Source: a virus
Reading direction: 5' to 3' (one strand)
IMG/VR virus record: IMGVR_UViG_3300042691_037641
Coordinates: 3,931-67,930 of that record
DNA length: 64,000 nt
Shown here one piece after another: positions 20,881 through 30,803 of the stretch. The translations under genes were made by a program, and so were the position numbers. A model generated the notes under the pieces. It was not told the DNA's origin, made no database searches, and saw nothing but the letters and a program-made list of their open reading frames with translations. The stretch's first letter is position 1; every line of letters starts with the position of its first letter.

Positions 20881-23800
20881 ATGCCAAAATCATATAGGAT
20901 TAGGACCGAAGTAGGGAAAGACAAATCAATAAAGGTACAGTTAGAACAAGACTTCGAGTCCTTAGAAATCTTATCACTAAAAATACTACAAAGTGACATA
21001 TATAATCGAGTTTGTGCTGATTATGGAGTTGTTGTAGGTAGAATTAGTGCGAATAATGGACTAGGACTACCTAATTGTAAGGTTTCGGTTTTTATACCAC
21101 TGACGGCACAAGATGAGGAAAATCCTATCATATCAGAATTATATCCTTACAAAACACTAGATGATGTTAATGACGAAGGATATCGATACAATTTACTACC
21201 ATATATAAAATCACATGGAGGGCATACCCCTACAGGGACTTTCTTCACAAGAAAAGATGTATTAACTAATCCTACGCTAATAGAAGTTTATGACAAGTAT
21301 TACAAATTCACCGCAAAGACGAATGATAGTGGTGACTTTATGTTATTCGGTGTCCCACTCGGAAGTCAAACAATACATGTAGATATTGATTTATCGGATA
21401 TTGGTGAATTTTCATTATCCCCCCAAGACCTAATTCGAATAGGTGTTGCAACTGAGAATCAAATATCAGGATTGAATTTTAATCAGTCATCAAATCTAGA
21501 TAGTTTACCCCAATTATTAAGTTTTAATAGAGTAATTGAAGTATATCCTTTATGGGGACAACCCGAGGTATGTGAATTAGGGATTACAAGAACTGATTTT
21601 GATTTAATAAAAGAGGCGGGAATTACTATTTTACCCGCGGCCATATTCATGGGGTCGATTTTATCAAATGAAGATAAAAGAGCCGTTAAAAAACGGTGTA
21701 AAGTTAACAGAAAGTTAGGTAATCTATGTACACTTACAACAGGACCTGGTGAAATTTTAGCAATTAGACAAACTATCGATATCGATACGGACGGTTATCC
21801 CATATTAGAGGAATATCAATTAGAAGAAGGGGGGAAAGTAATTGATGAAAACGGAACTTGGTTAATTGATGTTCCCATGAATTTAGATTTTGTTTACACC
21901 AATGAATTCGGAGAAAGAACATTCTCAAATGACCCCAAAAAAGGAGTACCAACAAGAGCGAGATATAGGTTTAAAGTTAAATGGGAACAACCTGCGACAC
22001 TTACAGCACCTGTAAAAAGAGGGACTTTTTTAGTACCTAATATTAAAGAGTGGGGGTGGAATACTTCATCTGACGACCCGGCAACACTTGATGATACTGA
22101 CGAAGTGGGGTGCAGAGCTCCAAATCCGCTAGATTATAACGATTCAAACTATAAAAAAGTATTAGCTTCATATGCATTTAGTTTAAACTGGAAAGATTAT
22201 GGGGAAACCAGTGGAGGAATTTTGACCCCAGTCGGACTCCAAATGGTGCAAGAGGCTGTCGATTGTAATGATAGATTTTATGAGATGAAGTATAATAAAG
22301 TTTATACAGTGTCTCAATTGTTAACTGAATACCGTGCTAGTAGCGGAAATAAAAAATTTATAGCAATTAGAGATATATTAGAAGATACTTGTGAAAGCAC
22401 GACCAATCCATTTCCTTTCAATGACGGACAGTTTCAATTTGATATTTTATATTTGTTATTCAAAATAATTGCCCTAATAGCAATTCCTATTTTAATTGCG
22501 GTGATTGTTATTAAACACATCGTGGCTAAGATAGTTTGCTTATTAGCGTCCATATTATGTAAAAAAGGTATTAAAGCTATTATCGGAAAAAGACCTTGTA
22601 ACGAGTGGAAAAATAAATGTGAAAATCAAGTAATGAATTTACCGGCTCTAACTTATCCTGATTGTGAATTATGTGATTGTGCAACACCAACAACCCAACA
22701 GTTCAACCCTGCGACTTTTCCTGGACAAGAAGATACCGCACAGTCAAATATCGAAGATGGTGATTATACTGAAACTATTGAATATCAAAATTTACGATAT
22801 ACTGGTCTAACTCTAAATTTTAGCGGCCTTACAACAGTACCACAGACTGAGACTGCCAACGTTGGTCCAGGTGGACAAATTTCAGATTTATATCGTAGTT
22901 TCACTTTTAGTTTACCATTTTCAGAGAAATTAAACTTATTCAGTACAAAGGCTAAATATTTTAATCAAGTAGGTAATTTAAATCCGGGAGGAGGTGCTAA
23001 TAGAATTAAAGTTCAATTTAATTTTGATAATAACCCAAATGAATATCACTTAGATAATGTTGTGGCAATAGTTTTTGACCCAGATACAGGATATAATCTT
23101 AGTCCAGGACAAATGTTCACATTCACTCAACAGTTCACCAATAGTGACCCAAATGTGACCGCATTCACCTCAACTATTAACCAATATGGAACACAGGGTA
23201 TTACTGGTACACCCGTAGGGTCACCAATAGTATTAGTACCGCCAGCAGGAGGAAACCCAACAACTGTTTATCAATCTTTTGTTACATTAGACTATGCTAA
23301 CCCTGATATAACACCTGGACAACCACAGTCTTTATCTGCAACATATCAAATAAGAACAAGTGGGGACGACGGTAGATTTGCAAAATTCCCTATAGACCAA
23401 GAATATTTTCAAATAATATATTCAGGTACAGTGAGTGAAGTTTTAACTCAAAGTAATAGTGCTTCCGCATCCCCTAATTCATTTGCTCATCGTTATTTAA
23501 ATGGGGGCGTTAGAGTAATTACAAACAAACTTGATGTTTCTAACATACCCGAAATTGAACAACAATATAATAACGAAATTTTAACACCAATTGAATGTAT
23601 ATCAGGTTTTTCTAATTACATTGTAACTTTTATGGTAAGAGGTGTTGACCCAAATTCAACTAGAACTAGATGTAGATATGATTTATCGGCATTATTTGGA
23701 TACACTTTGGCAAGTGGACCAACATTTAATGCCGCTAATACCGTGACCATAGACAATGCGAAACTAAATATTCCGATACAACCAGGTATAAGGAATGTAA

Positions 23801-26154
23801 AACATAATATATCATCGAGTGATTTAACTGACTCATATACAGGAAATAAACTGTTTTTTAAGTCTTTCGCATTCAAACCAGACCCAACCATCTTCATTCC
23901 CTTTCAAAGTACAAAGCCATCTTTTTATTCAAGTTTAGATGTTACAAATCCAAACGGAGCTAATGTTTTACCAGGATATTATTCCTCTGTGGTAGTACCG
24001 GGAGGTGGAGGGGGAGATAGTACTATTATTGTTGATGATGATAATGATTATACTCGGGAATTATGGTATGACACTAATACAAACGGGTTGACAGGACCAT
24101 TATTACCTAATGATGCCGTATTATATTATGACCCTAGTGCTGGAGTTGCGGACAACAACAGATTTAACACGACTAGTAATCTAAGAAATAGAGGTTATTT
24201 TAAAGATGAAATAGTTGAGGGGGGCTCTTTATTTGCAATATCTGCAGGGGCTGGAGGTCAAAGATATGATGTGAATTTGAGTGTACTTGGCATATACACA
24301 CCAAGTCCTCTTGGGGCGGCACCTAGTTTCACCGATACTTTTGTAAATTACTTTTTTTCACAAAGATATCCTGAAACATTAATGGATATAGTTTTAGGTG
24401 ACGACGAAAGACAAATTGTTATGAGGTCAGATAGATTACCAATGTCTAACACACCTATAGATGGGTTGGTTGCACCACCAGCACCATCTCTACAATATAG
24501 TCTCCCGATGATGAGTAATTTCAGACTCTCACTTTATCCTATGCCGGATGAGGGTTTGAGTATAAATGTTACTGCTGGCACGGCAACAATAACTATTGGG
24601 GAGGGAAATAATGAAGTAAACCAAGAGGCGTTAAATACTAATCCTGCAATATCAACTGGAGGTATTGCAAGTACTTATTCGTGTGAAGGTTTGGTACCAT
24701 TAGAGTGTTATTATGTAAATTCTGACGGTTTTGTTTTTGTGAGACCTCCAGGACATGCATGTTATACCAACGGGGGATGGGGTAGTGGACCCGCTTTTCC
24801 TTATCAAGATGGACAAAAAATACTAGTCAACGGGTGCTACAAATTGGTTACGGTACCTTTAAAAACCATTAAAGTTGATTTGTATTTAATGTTTGAGTGG
24901 ATGTTAAGGATGAAAATAAGTTTTGCCGCCTGTAGAAATGTGTTCGGACATATTTTTACAAATCAATGGATAAACGGTACATTATTTGCATTCCCTTTCC
25001 AAAATCAAACAAGGTATACAAGTCCAGGGATTGACCCTAATGACCCAACATCGTTAGGTCCAAATCAACCATTCACATGTGCTTGTAAGCATGTGATATT
25101 TTTAGACCATAAAACTAATAATTTATATTATAGAGTTTCTCCTTATTCCGAGACACAAGGATACATAGGAAGAAATGCTCGAAATGGGGGGTATAATGGG
25201 AATGAGAGAAATTTAAATTTCCCAACTACCATGATGGATTTGGGACCTAGAAATGATTACATGGATGAGTTATCTTACAGTGATGAATTTCAAGGGTATG
25301 TTGCAAATAGATTGAGCACAACTTCATTTCAAGACACAGACGAGTTATTGAACCTATTCATAACATCAAGAATGGTTAGCGGAAGTATCAAAGATACCAT
25401 CAAAGATGCTGCCAGATTGGGGTTAGCTAATGACCCGGTAAAAAGATTTTTTTCTAGAAATAATAATAAAATTGATGGGGACTACGCTCAAATGGGAGCC
25501 ATTAATTCTCAAATAGGAGTTGTACCATATGACAGTACAGTTTATGAAGACCCAAATGATATATTCTTCAACAGGGCAGACTCCGATTCAAACGTATTTG
25601 GAGTTGCATTTTCAGCGGATAGCCAAGTTAGGGATTGGTTGTCACCTAAAAGAACAATAGTTTCTCCTGGTTCAGACCCTTTATTTGATTGTACATTCGA
25701 TGAATTCCCAATATTTTCTCAAGAAATACCAATGTATTTGTGGGAAATAAAACCTAATTCGGACGGTAGTAATGAAGATAGTATTTTCGGAGACCAAAAA
25801 AATGATTGGTATACTACAACGTTACCTATTCCGATTGGAGGAGGGTTTACGAATCAGTTCAACCACGTAAGATATCAAAGTATCGACAGAATTGATGACA
25901 CAATTCCATTTGGCTCAAGAATGATGATACCAACTGACACAAGTTCTGAAGCAAACTTTAAAGGGTATATTTATAATGTTGTAGCCGGAGCTGTGGATTT
26001 TTCATATCCAAACAACTCACCGGCAACACAACCAACAGATAGAAAAATAAACAATTCAGCTCCTTTCTATTTTTACTTTGGTCTCACAAAAGGGGCGAGT
26101 GCATTTGACAGATTTTTGGTAAAATGGGTCAAATCTGATAATAATATATTCTAA
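20881..26154 (+). CDS. Large tail/baseplate-associated structural protein with an internal hydrophobic segment
   Basis: 1757 aa directly after gp6. N-terminal carboxypeptidase-regulatory-like strands (GVVVGRI...TNDSGDFMLFGVPLGSQTI) and C-terminal PFYFYFGL.KG.SAFD. Confidence 0.6.
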   Translation: MPKSYRIRTEVGKDKSIKVQLEQDFESLEILSLKILQSDIYNRVCADYGVVVGRISANNGLGLPNCKVSVFIPLTAQDEENPIISELYPYKTLDDVNDEGYRYNLLPYIKSHGGHTPTGTFFTRKDVLTNPTLIEVYDKYYKFTAKTNDSGDFMLFGVPLGSQTIHVDIDLSDIGEFSLSPQDLIRIGVATENQISGLNFNQSSNLDSLPQLLSFNRVIEVYPLWGQPEVCELGITRTDFDLIKEAGITILPAAIFMGSILSNEDKRAVKKRCKVNRKLGNLCTLTTGPGEILAIRQTIDIDTDGYPILEEYQLEEGGKVIDENGTWLIDVPMNLDFVYTNEFGERTFSNDPKKGVPTRARYRFKVKWEQPATLTAPVKRGTFLVPNIKEWGWNTSSDDPATLDDTDEVGCRAPNPLDYNDSNYKKVLASYAFSLNWKDYGETSGGILTPVGLQMVQEAVDCNDRFYEMKYNKVYTVSQLLTEYRASSGNKKFIAIRDILEDTCESTTNPFPFNDGQFQFDILYLLFKIIALIAIPILIAVIVIKHIVAKIVCLLASILCKKGIKAIIGKRPCNEWKNKCENQVMNLPALTYPDCELCDCATPTTQQFNPATFPGQEDTAQSNIEDGDYTETIEYQNLRYTGLTLNFSGLTTVPQTETANVGPGGQISDLYRSFTFSLPFSEKLNLFSTKAKYFNQVGNLNPGGGANRIKVQFNFDNNPNEYHLDNVVAIVFDPDTGYNLSPGQMFTFTQQFTNSDPNVTAFTSTINQYGTQGITGTPVGSPIVLVPPAGGNPTTVYQSFVTLDYANPDITPGQPQSLSATYQIRTSGDDGRFAKFPIDQEYFQIIYSGTVSEVLTQSNSASASPNSFAHRYLNGGVRVITNKLDVSNIPEIEQQYNNEILTPIECISGFSNYIVTFMVRGVDPNSTRTRCRYDLSALFGYTLASGPTFNAANTVTIDNAKLNIPIQPGIRNVKHNISSSDLTDSYTGNKLFFKSFAFKPDPTIFIPFQSTKPSFYSSLDVTNPNGANVLPGYYSSVVVPGGGGGDSTIIVDDDNDYTRELWYDTNTNGLTGPLLPNDAVLYYDPSAGVADNNRFNTTSNLRNRGYFKDEIVEGGSLFAISAGAGGQRYDVNLSVLGIYTPSPLGAAPSFTDTFVNYFFSQRYPETLMDIVLGDDERQIVMRSDRLPMSNTPIDGLVAPPAPSLQYSLPMMSNFRLSLYPMPDEGLSINVTAGTATITIGEGNNEVNQEALNTNPAISTGGIASTYSCEGLVPLECYYVNSDGFVFVRPPGHACYTNGGWGSGPAFPYQDGQKILVNGCYKLVTVPLKTIKVDLYLMFEWMLRMKISFAACRNVFGHIFTNQWINGTLFAFPFQNQTRYTSPGIDPNDPTSLGPNQPFTCACKHVIFLDHKTNNLYYRVSPYSETQGYIGRNARNGGYNGNERNLNFPTTMMDLGPRNDYMDELSYSDEFQGYVANRLSTTSFQDTDELLNLFITSRMVSGSIKDTIKDAARLGLANDPVKRFFSRNNNKIDGDYAQMGAINSQIGVVPYDSTVYEDPNDIFFNRADSDSNVFGVAFSADSQVRDWLSPKRTIVSPGSDPLFDCTFDEFPIFSQEIPMYLWEIKPNSDGSNEDSIFGDQKNDWYTTTLPIPIGGGFTNQFNHVRYQSIDRIDDTIPFGSRMMIPTDTSSEANFKGYIYNVVAGAVDFSYPNNSPATQPTDRKINNSAPFYFYFGLTKGASAFDRFLVKWVKSDNNIF

Positions 26155-26155
26155 A

Positions 26156-27925
26156 ATGGGAAATATTAACGATACTAGAATAATATTGGGGTCATTGAGA
26201 TATAAATCCGCCCCTGATATTGATGTCGGAATAAAAGTGCCATTTGTACAAACTAGTAAACTTTTAACGGAATATGATAGAAGTGCGGATATAAGTCTTG
26301 AACAGGTATTTGATGATGAAAGACAAAAATCAACACTGTTTAGACCTGTGGCTAAATACAGTATAATATTTCAAAATTCTTATACAGGATATTCGACATA
26401 TACACCATTTATTAACAATCTGTATTATTTAAATGCTGAACAGGCGGCGGCTGAAGCTTGTTTAGGAAATCCAACTACGTGGATTGGATTACCCCAATAC
26501 AATGAATTTGATTTTATCCGAAATGATTTCAACCAACCATATTATACTCAAACTCCAGACCAACATTTTATTTTTAAACCCAAAGATGTTGCAAAATATA
26601 ATTGGAGTTTTTGTATGACATATGCCTATGAAAATAATACAACTCAACCTATGAGTGCGACATTTTTGATACCAGGTGTTGCGGGTAATCAAAATATAAG
26701 TTGGGTTGTATCTGATGGTATTCCTTTTGTGACCAAGTTGACCACTAATGGAGGTCTAAAAATAATACAATTGTGGTCACCTATAAAACATGGAATGTCA
26801 GTAGGCGAGTTTGTAAAATTTAAAACCCCGTTTAATTTAGGGGGTATTGATTTTTTTGAAGTTTATTCTTTAGGTAATGGAACTGTGGGTAGTGATGAAT
26901 ACGCGATTAATATTTTGGACCCAGGATTTACAACAATTTCAACCGGTCTTAAATCGACTTATAAAAGAGTAATTTTGAGAGAAAATCAAAATGAAACTAC
27001 CTCTGAATATTACGTTAGAAGACATCGAGTTTTAACACCACCAAATGCTCCGGTGATGGTTAATTGTGGTTACGAACAGAACATATTCAAAACAAATGCA
27101 AAACTTGAAAGAGAACCATTCACACCAAATCAATATGAAAGAATCTCAGTAAAAGAAGGTTCTCAAACATATACTTTATCTTTCAACAGTGACACTGATA
27201 TAAACAATTTAGTGGACAACCAAGGTAGACCTGTCACTAAATTATTCTATACGACAATTTGGAAAGGTTATTTTGGTTGGACTAAAAGCTTAAAGCAGGG
27301 GTGGGAATTCAATTTACAACCCGACCCTACTTTACTTACACCTACAACATGGTGGATTGATAGTAACGTTGCCTCAAATACAAATCTAACAACTAGTTCT
27401 TACACAGTACCACCACCATTGGGTACAAGTCCATTAGGGGGACCATTCAATTTTATATACACCAATACACCCAATGTCGGGGATATTATTGACGGTGATT
27501 TGTGTCAATGGAATGACTATGAACAGACGGAATATGAAGTTGCAACATATTATCATAAAATTAGATTCAATAGTTTGATATTCAATACATCCGCCGGTAT
27601 CGCTAATAACCCATTTGGATACTATTACCAACCACACTTTGGTGTCACTTTGAGAGATTATTCGGATTATTTAGAGGAAGCGGAGCCAAAAAATACTGTA
27701 GGAATACCTGACTATGCGTATTTTTCTCAGAATAGAAACGTATTTGTTTGGAGAGATTTATATGATTATGGTTATATAGATAGTACCGGAGTTGGTACTA
27801 ATTGGCCATTCATGAATGGCAGGCATCACATATATAAAAATATAATATTCAGAATTATACCCGAGGGAAGTAATTATAGAGAATATAACACAACACAATT
27901 TATGTTTATAGATGGCTGCGAATAA
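26156..27925 (+). CDS. Putative tail/baseplate structural protein
   Basis: 589 aa, aromatic/beta-rich, tightly coupled within the baseplate operon. Confidence 0.55.
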   Translation: MGNINDTRIILGSLRYKSAPDIDVGIKVPFVQTSKLLTEYDRSADISLEQVFDDERQKSTLFRPVAKYSIIFQNSYTGYSTYTPFINNLYYLNAEQAAAEACLGNPTTWIGLPQYNEFDFIRNDFNQPYYTQTPDQHFIFKPKDVAKYNWSFCMTYAYENNTTQPMSATFLIPGVAGNQNISWVVSDGIPFVTKLTTNGGLKIIQLWSPIKHGMSVGEFVKFKTPFNLGGIDFFEVYSLGNGTVGSDEYAINILDPGFTTISTGLKSTYKRVILRENQNETTSEYYVRRHRVLTPPNAPVMVNCGYEQNIFKTNAKLEREPFTPNQYERISVKEGSQTYTLSFNSDTDINNLVDNQGRPVTKLFYTTIWKGYFGWTKSLKQGWEFNLQPDPTLLTPTTWWIDSNVASNTNLTTSSYTVPPPLGTSPLGGPFNFIYTNTPNVGDIIDGDLCQWNDYEQTEYEVATYYHKIRFNSLIFNTSAGIANNPFGYYYQPHFGVTLRDYSDYLEEAEPKNTVGIPDYAYFSQNRNVFVWRDLYDYGYIDSTGVGTNWPFMNGRHHIYKNIIFRIIPEGSNYREYNTTQFMFIDGCE

Positions 27926-28694
27926 CAAATATCTCTTTACCATACCCGTAGGTACCAAGGCAATTCAATTACCAATAGAATTGAAATGGGATAATTATGG
28001 ACAAAGTGAAAGTATAGAAATTTGGGAAAAAAATGCAATCACTGAAGTAATTGGGTTAGCTAAAGATTTTGACATATTAAGATTTGGTCATGATGAGTAT
28101 GGTAGTAATCAACAAAGCGCGATTAATTACAAATTTTATTTTTTCAATGACTTAACATCTACTTGGGATAATGATTATCAGGCCGAAGGTTTCACCACTG
28201 AAGAAAATTATTATATAAGTGATGGATTTGAAAGGTCCTTTTTCAAGTTAGATTTTTACGATACAACAGATACCAACACACAAACAATTTATTTTACGGC
28301 AATATTACCAATACAAACAGGAGAAGAGATTTCGGTATCCATAAGCCCATATTTACCAAACGTATTGGTAGAAAGACCTGAGTTTGTGTTAGACTATACT
28401 AAAAATAGAGAAGGGTTTTTCTTATACTGGATGAGAGACAAAAAGTTTTTAAATTTAGATACATTTTATATGACTGCTAAATTTTTTGATGCAAAACAAG
28501 GAGTTTTTGTAAGAATGATGACAGTTAATCCATCATCATTACCCGACCCAACCTCGTTTGACACTGGTAAGTATTTTTATAGGAAAGTAGAATTAAATTA
28601 TAATAATTACACGTACAAAATATTCAATTCAAGTGGAGCAAGAATAGGTATAGGGTCACCCATAAATTGGTACGAATATATTAATCCATCATAA
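27912..28694 (+). CDS. Putative structural protein
   Basis: 260 aa, overlaps both neighbours. SFFKLDFYD motif. Confidence 0.55.
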   Translation: MAANNKYLFTIPVGTKAIQLPIELKWDNYGQSESIEIWEKNAITEVIGLAKDFDILRFGHDEYGSNQQSAINYKFYFFNDLTSTWDNDYQAEGFTTEENYYISDGFERSFFKLDFYDTTDTNTQTIYFTAILPIQTGEEISVSISPYLPNVLVERPEFVLDYTKNREGFFLYWMRDKKFLNLDTFYMTAKFFDAKQGVFVRMMTVNPSSLPDPTSFDTGKYFYRKVELNYNNYTYKIFNSSGARIGIGSPINWYEYINPS

Positions 28695-29842
28695 TGCAGG
28701 ATAGGATATACAATATTAAAATTTCACCTGAAGTTATTAGTAATAAAATATTTCCTAAAATATTTTATCAGAGTTATAACTTCCCCAAAGCTCAAAATCC
28801 GTGTTGTGACGAACCGATACCCCCTCTAACAGGAGAAACCCCATCAACGGTCTATGTTTATTCATCCATGACCGAAATTGTATCTGCCGACAATGGAAAT
28901 TCAATTTTGAACATCACAATCCCTGTTTTTTTAACTGAAAATACGGTAGATGTCGGATATTACAGTGTATTTGACGGTATGGTTACACAGCAAAATACTA
29001 TGATGAATTTTTTATTTGAATCTAGTATTGCGTTTCCTTATACCTACTCATTTTATAATACCTCAGATAAACAATTTAAAAGGTATTTGAAGTTTGCTGA
29101 TTATAAGATTGATTGGGGAGATGGTACTGTTAGCGAAACTGTAAATTCGACCGCACCAACACCATATGTTCATACTTACGCCTCTGATGGGGAGTTTGAA
29201 ATAACCATGTCCGGATTTAGTCCATGGGGATTTAATGTTATAAAGAAAAAAGTTTACACTCCATATACTGACATTGTGGCAAGTAACCCAAATGGAGAAG
29301 CGTTCTTTATCGCTGCCGGTGGTAATTGGTCGGCAACACCAATTTCGTACAATTATATAACGCAATATGATGCTGAATGTGAAACAAATAATCCTTGTTG
29401 TGAATTTCAGTCAGTACCATTCCTTATAACAGGTTTTAGTACATCTTCGTTATCTGAAGTTGAATTATATGGACCGACTAAATTTAGAATAGACCAAAAA
29501 ATCACAGGAGCGTCTGGAACTGTTGCGGTATTTAAAGGGGTTGCCGCAAATAATTCATTCACCGCATATACCATCAATGATATTGAATATCGTGATTATC
29601 CTGATGGTAAAACCACTTTTAGTGTATATTCATCAGGATGTACAGAGTCATTAATTTGTTCGGCAACCACTAAAGACGAAGCTCTTCTTAATGTAATAAG
29701 TGAGCCTGAAATATTATCTAATGTGTTTATTGAAAGGGGTAAAAATACTGCTTTGGAACAAATACAGAGATTGGGTGAAGTGTCAACTTTTGGCGATTTA
29801 AGAAACTACGGATATAAATACTTTACGATAAAAACCCAATAA
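28694..29842 (+). CDS. Putative structural protein with a PKD/Ig-like domain
   Basis: IDWGDG...YVHTYASDGEFEIT is a PKD signature. TAATG overlap with the previous gene. Confidence 0.6.
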   Translation: MQDRIYNIKISPEVISNKIFPKIFYQSYNFPKAQNPCCDEPIPPLTGETPSTVYVYSSMTEIVSADNGNSILNITIPVFLTENTVDVGYYSVFDGMVTQQNTMMNFLFESSIAFPYTYSFYNTSDKQFKRYLKFADYKIDWGDGTVSETVNSTAPTPYVHTYASDGEFEITMSGFSPWGFNVIKKKVYTPYTDIVASNPNGEAFFIAAGGNWSATPISYNYITQYDAECETNNPCCEFQSVPFLITGFSTSSLSEVELYGPTKFRIDQKITGASGTVAVFKGVAANNSFTAYTINDIEYRDYPDGKTTFSVYSSGCTESLICSATTKDEALLNVISEPEILSNVFIERGKNTALEQIQRLGEVSTFGDLRNYGYKYFTIKTQ

Positions 29843-29894
29843 TAAAAACCAACTTTTCATATTTATGTATAAGGACTAAAAAAAATAAAAAACT

Positions 29895-30803
29895 ATGGCA
29901 ACAGGAACATATGGTACTATAAGACCGGCAGACGTTAGTCCCGAGGACGTGGAAGTAATTTTAAATTATACCCCATCAAGAGATGAGACTGATAATTTTT
30001 TACTTACAAAATTAGACTCTGCGGCAGTTTTAAAACCTTATTTTTGTAATGATGATACTGGAGGTAATCCTGGTATTGAAATTTTGGGGGGTCTTTATAA
30101 TCTGACTTTACCGGCCGACACGTTTAATAAAATAGGTATCTACACGGTATATTTGAGACCGACACAAATTAGGGCGACAATACTTGACTGTGGCGTTTTA
30201 TCCGCACTACCAAACGTTAGAGGGTTAATAATAGATTTGAATTCAGTACCTTCAGATTATAGAAATAAATTCGTTGACCAAGGTTTGGTTGGGTTCAGAG
30301 TCGAATACTTAAATTCGGATGGTACAAAAATCCCAAATTTCTTCAGAATAATTACGTCATCATTCTTTTGTGAGCCGGTTATTCAAAATTTAACAAACAC
30401 ATCACAAAAGGCAATTAGGTATCGATACACAGATACAAATACAAATTTAATTTTTTGTACCCTAACACCCTCATCCTCACCAACTAACAAACCAAACGCT
30501 ATACCGTATATTGGACAACCAAACCAAAATATAATTGTAACTAATACATTTTTTAATCCGGTCACTTTAGATATTGAAATTGCGGAACATGATTTCTCAA
30601 CTCTTGCAATTGCTTTATTTGGTAATCAAACCAAATCTATCGACGATGGAATTTATACAATGTACGATACATCTAACAACATTTACAAACAATACAACTT
30701 ATATGAAGTACGTGACCAATTCAATGAGTTGTTATTTGAGGTTAGGGAAGATAGAGGTAATAACATTGATTTTAGTAAAAACTTCACAAATATAACATCT
30801 TAA
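29895..30803 (+). CDS. Putative structural protein
   Basis: 302 aa, preceded by TATTTATG and coupled to the next gene by TAATG. Confidence 0.55.
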   Translation: MATGTYGTIRPADVSPEDVEVILNYTPSRDETDNFLLTKLDSAAVLKPYFCNDDTGGNPGIEILGGLYNLTLPADTFNKIGIYTVYLRPTQIRATILDCGVLSALPNVRGLIIDLNSVPSDYRNKFVDQGLVGFRVEYLNSDGTKIPNFFRIITSSFFCEPVIQNLTNTSQKAIRYRYTDTNTNLIFCTLTPSSSPTNKPNAIPYIGQPNQNIIVTNTFFNPVTLDIEIAEHDFSTLAIALFGNQTKSIDDGIYTMYDTSNNIYKQYNLYEVRDQFNELLFEVREDRGNNIDFSKNFTNITS

